Assembly: GCA_046327935.1 (NCBI GenBank)
Contig: JAXLXL010000001.1
Location: 1,152,386-1,216,385 of the forward strand
Length of the DNA: 64,000 nucleotides
From: Deinococcaceae bacterium
GTDB taxonomy: Bacteria; Deinococcota; Deinococci; Deinococcales; Deinococcaceae
Reading direction: 5' to 3'
This document shows positions 58,555 to 64,000 of the stretch, one piece after another. The translations under genes were made by a program, and so were the position numbers. Below the pieces are notes generated by a model that was not told where the DNA came from, ran no database searches, and was given only the letters and a program-made list of their open reading frames with translations. How positions within the stretch are numbered: the stretch's first letter is position 1; each line of letters starts with the position of its first letter.

Positions 58555-59304
58555 ATGATACAGAAACTCTCCTTCGCAGTCGTTTCGGCTTGTCTGTTCT
58601 TGACCTCCTGTGGAGATTTGTCGTCCGCCAAGCAGGAGGCTCCTTTCACATTTGAGGAAATCAAAGGCATGACACCGGAACAAATAGCACAAAGCCCTTT
58701 GATTACAGAACGCAATATTTTTACCTATATGAGCTTGGATCAGATGAAAATGTTAAGTTTTGAGCAACTGAGAGCCGTCGTTCAGACCATACAGAAACCC
58801 GCTGAGGCTGAATTGGACAAAGTCAGTAATCAACTCCGTGCCCAAGTCTTTGACGAGATCATTCATGGCCAGGGCAGCACCGATCTGTGGCCCAATTACA
58901 CACTGACGGCCTATATTGCCATAGCCATTCCGTACACCACCTATTTGAGCGATTACCTGAATAAATTCAATGGCCCAGACTGGAGCGACGATGGCTGTTC
59001 TGGACCGACTGCACCTTCCTCGTTTGACGGTACCGCATGCAAACACCACGATTTTGGTTACCGGAATGTGGCCCTCTATCAGCGTTCCCGTTTATACCAA
59101 GAATATACGGATCCATGGACATTGGACGACTACTACATGCGCCGTCTGATTGACCAACGTTTTTCTAGAAACATGACCGACTATTGCAACAGTGGTCAGC
59201 CGTATTCTGGAGGCGTTTGCACTGCGGATGCAGATATTTTCTGGGCGGGTGTGCGTGTTGGCGGACAAGGCCCTTTTGAAGAAAAACCGATCAAATTCAG
59301 GTGA
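58555..59304 (+). CDS. Lipoprotein with C-terminal prokaryotic phospholipase A2 domain
   Basis: Lipobox LFLTSC. C-terminal DGCSGPTAPSSFDGTACKHHDFGYRN closely parallels the secreted bacterial/fungal PLA2 active-site region (C...ACxRHDFGYRN). Confidence 0.6.
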   Translation: MIQKLSFAVVSACLFLTSCGDLSSAKQEAPFTFEEIKGMTPEQIAQSPLITERNIFTYMSLDQMKMLSFEQLRAVVQTIQKPAEAELDKVSNQLRAQVFDEIIHGQGSTDLWPNYTLTAYIAIAIPYTTYLSDYLNKFNGPDWSDDGCSGPTAPSSFDGTACKHHDFGYRNVALYQRSRLYQEYTDPWTLDDYYMRRLIDQRFSRNMTDYCNSGQPYSGGVCTADADIFWAGVRVGGQGPFEEKPIKFR

Positions 59305-59330
59305 ACTGTTTTGCAACTGGAGGGCATTTT

Positions 59331-59573
59331 ATGCTTAAGATGTGTGGTTGGATTGTTTTGTCAGCGCTTCTGTTGTCTTCCTGTAATTTGTCTTCTCCTA
59401 CTTTTACAGAATCCAAAGCGGAAAACCTAGGAAATTATAAAGATTCTGAGGCCCTCGGGTCTTTCAGGCTTTCTCTAGGAGAGTCAGATGAAACACTTTC
59501 TATTCAAGATACAACCTCCATTTCGGGGGCGTCTCTTTCTTATACAGCGGGTTTCATAATTATTAGGAATTAA
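59331..59573 (+). pseudogene. Lipoprotein gene truncated by an IS630 insertion
   Basis: MLKMCGWIVLSALLLSSC (lipobox). The ORF runs into the IS left end at 59545 and terminates inside the IS. Confidence 0.45.
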
Positions 59574-60096
59574 CAAAGGACATAAAATGCTTTTTATATC
59601 CTTCTATATTTTCAGGAGTTACAGCCTCTACGCATTCTTGAATGATATTTTCTATGTTATCTATTGTTTTACTTGGATATCTTCTTATTCCATTCTTTAT
59701 TTTCGAAATCGATTCTTCTATTGGATTCAATTCTGGACTATAGGGAGGTATATATAGTATTTCTATTCCATTCTCTTTAAATAAATCTTTTACAGATTTC
59801 GTTTTATGTACGCTTAAATTATCCATTACTATTTTTCTAATACCAATCTTTTTGATTTCTTCGCAAAATATCTCTATATATTTTAAAAATACGTCAGTAT
59901 TCATTGTTCCATCAATTATAAACGTGCACACCATTTTCATATGTAGAATGAGTATTACATTTCTCTTTTTCCTTCTTTTTGATCTATTTATTTTGCAATA
60001 TAGTCTTTTTTTATGACTCCATCCATAGAGGGTTTCACAATCTATATGTACGCCAAATTCATCTAAAAATCCAATTTCATTTAAATCACTTTTCAA
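59563..60096 (-). CDS. IS630 transposase OrfB (copy 2)
   Basis: DDE domain with one substitution relative to copy 1. Confidence 0.8.
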   Translation of the reverse strand: MKSDLNEIGFLDEFGVHIDCETLYGWSHKKRLYCKINRSKRRKKRNVILILHMKMVCTFIIDGTMNTDVFLKYIEIFCEEIKKIGIRKIVMDNLSVHKTKSVKDLFKENGIEILYIPPYSPELNPIEESISKIKNGIRRYPSKTIDNIENIIQECVEAVTPENIEGYKKHFMSFVNS

Positions 60097-60148
60097 AATC
60101 TCTTCAATAAATGCCTCTCTTTTTATTATATTTGATGGTGTTTCTTTT

Positions 60149-60511
60149 TCAAGTGCGATATAAGTTTTTTTTATACTTTATCCCCGCACGTTGAAACGCT
60201 CTATACATTGTCGCTTTTTTCACGGTCACACCATACATTTTCTCCCATTCTTGACACGCTTTTTCTAAGGTAATATCCGGCATACTTTGTACCATTGCTC
60301 TTAGATTTTCAAAGTCTGCAATATCTATACGGGGTGGCTTTTTAGTTCCTCTTTTTTTAGGTTCCAATACATTGTTGTCATCAAGCTGCAAGTATCGTCC
60401 AACAGCCGAGGAAGAAACATTATATATTTCTGCAACCTCTTTTATTGTGTATCCTTCATAGTATTTTTCAACTATTCTTTTTCTAAGATCTAAACTATAA
60501 GTTACTGGCAT
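60149..60511 (-). CDS. IS630 transposase OrfA (copy 2)
   Basis: Identical to copy 1. Confidence 0.8.
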   Translation of the reverse strand: MPVTYSLDLRKRIVEKYYEGYTIKEVAEIYNVSSSAVGRYLQLDDNNVLEPKKRGTKKPPRIDIADFENLRAMVQSMPDITLEKACQEWEKMYGVTVKKATMYRAFQRAGIKYKKNLYRT

Positions 60512-60603
60512 ACATAGATTTTACCACATTACATTCAAAAATAAAATATCCCCAAAATTAATAAACTTGCTGTATCTCATCATCTTCCTTCGATGTAGGT
60601 GGG

Positions 60604-63024
60604 ATGCGCTACCTCTCATCGACATATCGGGTCAACCTCCCAAGCAGTCGCCTTCTCGATGGAATGACCTTTATTCCGACAGTAACCCCCAACACGCTTG
60701 GAAATACCTCTGTGTCTGGGCTGTTCTTGTGGAGTGCTTCCCAAAAAAGCATGTATCCCGTCTCGAATGCGACACTGCGTTCACAAATGGCACGCTCGGT
60801 CATGCCTACAGGCGGCCCAATGCGGCTTTATGGAGGAAGGGCACAGCTCGATCCCCAGTTTGGACCGAATTTTCAGGCCTTTTCCAGTGCAGATTTTAAC
60901 CTTCTGACTCAAAAAGGTGTGGTCAAGCCGGGTGCGCTGCCATTTGGATTCACAACCCATTATGTGGCATCCAGCTCAACGACGAACAGCATCCCGCCCC
61001 GCACGGTTTCCAAAGGCCATTATTTAACCGTCAGTGTTAAGTTTCCCCTACAAAGAACGCTCGATATCACGCCTTCGCGTATTGATTTAGAGGGAATTCT
61101 TGTTACCGGTATGGTCAAAACAGTCACAGAATCTCTGGAGGATCAGGCCAGAGGTGATCTAGGTGCGGCTGTTTTGAAACGCATCTCTGATCAAAAGGCG
61201 CAGATCCTCAACATTTTGCCAGGAAGCACGATCACATCAGCCCCTCCTGGGGTTGTGATGAACAAAATATGCCAAATTCCACTGACGTATGGCGGCAGTT
61301 CTGTCAGAAACAACACAACGGTATACCTGGTCAATCAAGCAGGAAAGGGCTTTCTGGGGATGCTTCCTGGATTCGCAGAGATCAAGGGAAACACCTCCAT
61401 CTCTGTCCGATTTGCCAGTGTTGAACCCGGATGCAATATCCTGGATCCACAAAACCCACAAAACCAATTTGCCATTTATGGTTCCCAAACGGGTCTTAGG
61501 TTGGCGAATTTCAATCCTGCCAACAGAGGGACTTTTTCTCAGAAGCCCCAAACATGGAATTATGTGCCTGCTCCAGGAGCGGAGTTTAAGCCTGGAGAAG
61601 AACTTGTGGTTACGGCCCTCGATCCCCATTATCCGCGTTCCTATGTGGCAAAATTTCGGGTTGAGAGTGCTCCAGAAAGCCAAATTGGTTTTGTGGCCAA
61701 TCCACTCATTGACATGGGATCTGGACCCAGCGATTTGAGATTGATTGACCTTAACCGAGATGGCGCAAAAGATATGGTCACCCTCCACAAGTCCGCTGGT
61801 TTGCTTGTGACACAACTTATTTCAAATGGAACACTTCAGTCTGCTCAGAAACTGTTGCTCCAAGGCACCCCAAACGCCCTGGATTTTGGTTTCATCAATG
61901 GCGACCTCAGTCCAGACATGGTTGTTGCCAACGATGGGCTTTCGTTTCCAGGTGTTCAGGTCTTGTTGGGTCAGGGCAATGGCAGCTTTAAGTACGATCA
62001 AGATGTCGATTTGGGAGGAATCAAACCCACCCGGGTCAAACTGGATGAATTCAACTTGAGCGAAGACGACCACCTGGATACCGACAACGTTCCCGTACAC
62101 AGCAAGTTTTTGCCTGACATTGCTTTTTTGAGCCCGGGTTCTGCCTCCATTGGCATTTCACCTCGGAGCCAAGACAATGCAGCTTTCGAAGTTGCTCCGC
62201 TGCTCACAGTTCCAGTCTCCAATCAACCCGACACCACAACTTTTGGCTATGGCGATTTCAACTCAGATGGCCGTTACGATCTGGTGACCGGACATCCCAA
62301 TGGTTCTGTACGCATCACGTGGGGGAAATTGGACGGTTCTTTTGCGCCGTTAAATGAGCAGGCCCTTTTGACGGTCGGTGGAAGTGATGTTCGAGACATA
62401 GAAGTGGCTGACCTCAATGGCGATTGCCTTGAAGAGATTTTGGTCGCCCACAACAACCCTCCTGGACTGACGGTATTTTGGCAACAACAGACGGAAGTGC
62501 CCATGGGCAGCAATTCCTGTCACAAGGGTGTCGGAGAATTCAATGCCCATACCTATACACTGAGTGGTTTGGTTCCAGACCGCATTCAATTCGTCGACAT
62601 TGACCAAAACGAAGGCGTGGACCTGGCTTTGGTTGACTCCTCAAATGGACGTGTGGGACTGTTGAAAAACACAACGATGTTTGATCTGTCTCACCCTGAA
62701 AACCAGCTGACTTCTCTTGGCGTCATTTCTGCAGGACCATCGTTGAGTGCGGTCGCCATCACAGACGTTACAGCTGATACTGTTCCAGACCTTCTTCTGG
62801 CCTATTCGGCCTCGGATGGATTGGGCCTTTTGAAGGGAAATGCTGTCGGATCGTTTGGTGTACAGGTGCCGGCCTATCCTGCTGGGTCGATGACCCAATC
62901 GTTGGCCTTGGGTGACCTCAATGGCGATGGTTACTTAGATTCAGTCTCTTCCGGTACCTCTGGCGGTCAAAATCAACTGGTTCTGTTGAAAGGTTCCACT
63001 GCGGGATTACAGCAAGTTTATTAA
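60604..63024 (+). CDS. FG-GAP/VCBS-repeat protein (integrin-alpha-like beta-propeller), bounded on both sides by IS copies
   Basis: Repeated D-x-[ND]-x-DG-x-x-D-hydrophobic motifs (DLNRDGAKDMVT, GDFNSDGRYDLVTG, DLNGDGYLDSVS). No signal peptide. The last 5 codons and the stop lie inside IS copy 3. Confidence 0.6.
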   Translation: MRYLSSTYRVNLPSSRLLDGMTFIPTVTPNTLGNTSVSGLFLWSASQKSMYPVSNATLRSQMARSVMPTGGPMRLYGGRAQLDPQFGPNFQAFSSADFNLLTQKGVVKPGALPFGFTTHYVASSSTTNSIPPRTVSKGHYLTVSVKFPLQRTLDITPSRIDLEGILVTGMVKTVTESLEDQARGDLGAAVLKRISDQKAQILNILPGSTITSAPPGVVMNKICQIPLTYGGSSVRNNTTVYLVNQAGKGFLGMLPGFAEIKGNTSISVRFASVEPGCNILDPQNPQNQFAIYGSQTGLRLANFNPANRGTFSQKPQTWNYVPAPGAEFKPGEELVVTALDPHYPRSYVAKFRVESAPESQIGFVANPLIDMGSGPSDLRLIDLNRDGAKDMVTLHKSAGLLVTQLISNGTLQSAQKLLLQGTPNALDFGFINGDLSPDMVVANDGLSFPGVQVLLGQGNGSFKYDQDVDLGGIKPTRVKLDEFNLSEDDHLDTDNVPVHSKFLPDIAFLSPGSASIGISPRSQDNAAFEVAPLLTVPVSNQPDTTTFGYGDFNSDGRYDLVTGHPNGSVRITWGKLDGSFAPLNEQALLTVGGSDVRDIEVADLNGDCLEEILVAHNNPPGLTVFWQQQTEVPMGSNSCHKGVGEFNAHTYTLSGLVPDRIQFVDIDQNEGVDLALVDSSNGRVGLLKNTTMFDLSHPENQLTSLGVISAGPSLSAVAITDVTADTVPDLLLAYSASDGLGLLKGNAVGSFGVQVPAYPAGSMTQSLALGDLNGDGYLDSVSSGTSGGQNQLVLLKGSTAGLQQVY

Positions 63025-63070
63025 TTTTGGGGATATTCTATTTTTGAATGTAATGTGGTAAAATCTATGT

Positions 63071-63433
63071 ATGCCAGTAACTTATAGTTTAGATCTTAGA
63101 AAAAGAATAGTTGAAAAATACTATGAAGGATACACAATAAAAGAGGTTGCAGAAATATATAATGTTTCTTCCTCGGCTGTTGGACGATACTTGCAGCTTG
63201 ATGACAACAATGTATTGGAACCTAAAAAAAGAGGAACTAAAAAGCCACCCCGTATAGATATTGCAGACTTTGAAAATCTAAGAGCAATGGTACAAAGTAT
63301 GCCGGATATTACCTTAGAAAAAGCGTGTCAAGAATGGGAGAAAATGTATGGTGTGACCGTGAAAAAAGCGACAATGTATAGAGCGTTTCAACGTGCGGGG
63401 ATAAAGTATAAAAAAAACTTATATCGCACTTGA
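63071..63433 (+). CDS. IS630 transposase OrfA (copy 3)
   Basis: Identical to the other copies. A8 tract at 63428-63435. Confidence 0.8.
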   Translation: MPVTYSLDLRKRIVEKYYEGYTIKEVAEIYNVSSSAVGRYLQLDDNNVLEPKKRGTKKPPRIDIADFENLRAMVQSMPDITLEKACQEWEKMYGVTVKKATMYRAFQRAGIKYKKNLYRT

Positions 63434-63485
63434 AAAAGAAACACCATCAAATATAATAAAAAGAGAGGCATTTATTGAAGAGATT

Positions 63486-64000
63486 TTGAAAAGTGATTTA
63501 AATGAAATTGGATTTTTAGATGAATTTGGCGTACATATAGATTGTGAAACCCTCTATGGATGGAGTCATAAAAAAAGACTATATTGCAAAATAAATAGAT
63601 CAAAAAGAAGGAAAAAGAGAAATGTAATACTCATTCTACATATGAAAATGGTGTGCACGTTTATAATTGATGGAACAATGAATACTGACGTATTTTTAAA
63701 ATATATAGAGATATTTTGCGAAGAAATCAAAAAGATTGGTATTAGAAAAATAGTAATGGATAATTTAAGCGTACATAAAACGAAATCTGTAAAAGATTTA
63801 TTTGAAGAGAATGGAATAGAAATACTATATATACCTCCCTATAGTCCAGAATTGAATCCAATAGAAGAATCGATTTCGAAAATAAAGAATGGAATAAGAA
63901 GATATCCAAGTAAAACAATAGATAACATAGAAAATATCATTCAAGAATGCGTAGAGGCTGTAACTCCTGAAAATATAGAAGGATATAAAAAGCATTTTAT
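63486..64000 (+). CDS. IS630 transposase OrfB (copy 3, truncated by window end)
   Basis: MKSDLNEIGF... identical to copy 1 as far as visible. Confidence 0.7.
   Translation, partial: MKSDLNEIGFLDEFGVHIDCETLYGWSHKKRLYCKINRSKRRKKRNVILILHMKMVCTFIIDGTMNTDVFLKYIEIFCEEIKKIGIRKIVMDNLSVHKTKSVKDLFEENGIEILYIPPYSPELNPIEESISKIKNGIRRYPSKTIDNIENIIQECVEAVTPENIEGYKKHF

Larger units (their letters stand above)
59545..60572 (-). mobile_element. IS630-family insertion sequence, copy 2 (1028 bp, TA duplication)
   Basis: Same termini as copy 1. Flanking TA at 59543-59544 and 60573-60574. One nucleotide difference in OrfB (E to K). Confidence 0.85.
63010..64000 (+). mobile_element. IS630-family insertion sequence, copy 3 (partial at window end, inverted relative to copy 2)
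   Basis: Begins CAGCAAGTTTATTAATTTTGGGG after TA at 63008-63009. OrfA at 63071-63433. OrfB starts at TTG 63486 and continues beyond the window. Confidence 0.85.

Overview
This is a 64 kb bacterial chromosomal window of roughly 55-58% GC. It is gene-dense and looks like a diderm genome: Lnt, ccmAB/ccdA, many lipoproteins and a BshC-type bacillithiol enzyme are present. Recognisable core genes include nth, rdgB, ffh, rpsT, a tilS-tadA fusion, mrp/apbC, crp-like, bshC, ccmA/ccmB/ccdA/lnt, a partial dcw cluster (rsmH-ftsL-ftsI), mfd, hpt, recX, preT/preA, tRNA-Ser(GGA) and tRNA-Pro(CGG). Accessory and unusual content is as follows. (1) A 1.8 kb segment carrying ffh plus a glutaredoxin-like gene occurs twice at about 99% identity (10538-12347 and 17147-18956), bracketing a 4.8 kb insert with an ABC exporter/FAH operon, tRNA-Ser, a hypothetical gene and a decayed CDA-fold deaminase pseudogene. 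The second copy abuts a low-GC islet. (2) Three near-identical low-GC IS630-family elements are present with TA target duplications. Two of them, in inverted orientation, flank an FG-GAP repeat gene at the window end. (3) An operon of secreted proteins contains two tandem beta-propeller paralogs with a mosaic build: conserved GC-normal 5' and 3' blocks around divergent AT-rich cores. (4) Two Hanks-type Ser/Thr kinases carry unusual accessory domains (zinc ribbon plus beta-helix; PQQ beta-propeller). Next to them lie an S41 peptidase/VWA pair and an SPFH protein. There is also a TerD-trypsin fusion and a lipoprotein with a prokaryotic phospholipase A2 domain. (5) tRNA-like fragments and direct repeats next to an IS look like an integration scar. 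(6) Several probable frameshift or decay sites exist: the lnt 3' end, the deaminase, a lipoprotein cut by an IS, and a 27-bp tandem duplication at the start of an ABC permease gene. No CRISPR array, Cas genes or restriction-modification genes were seen.
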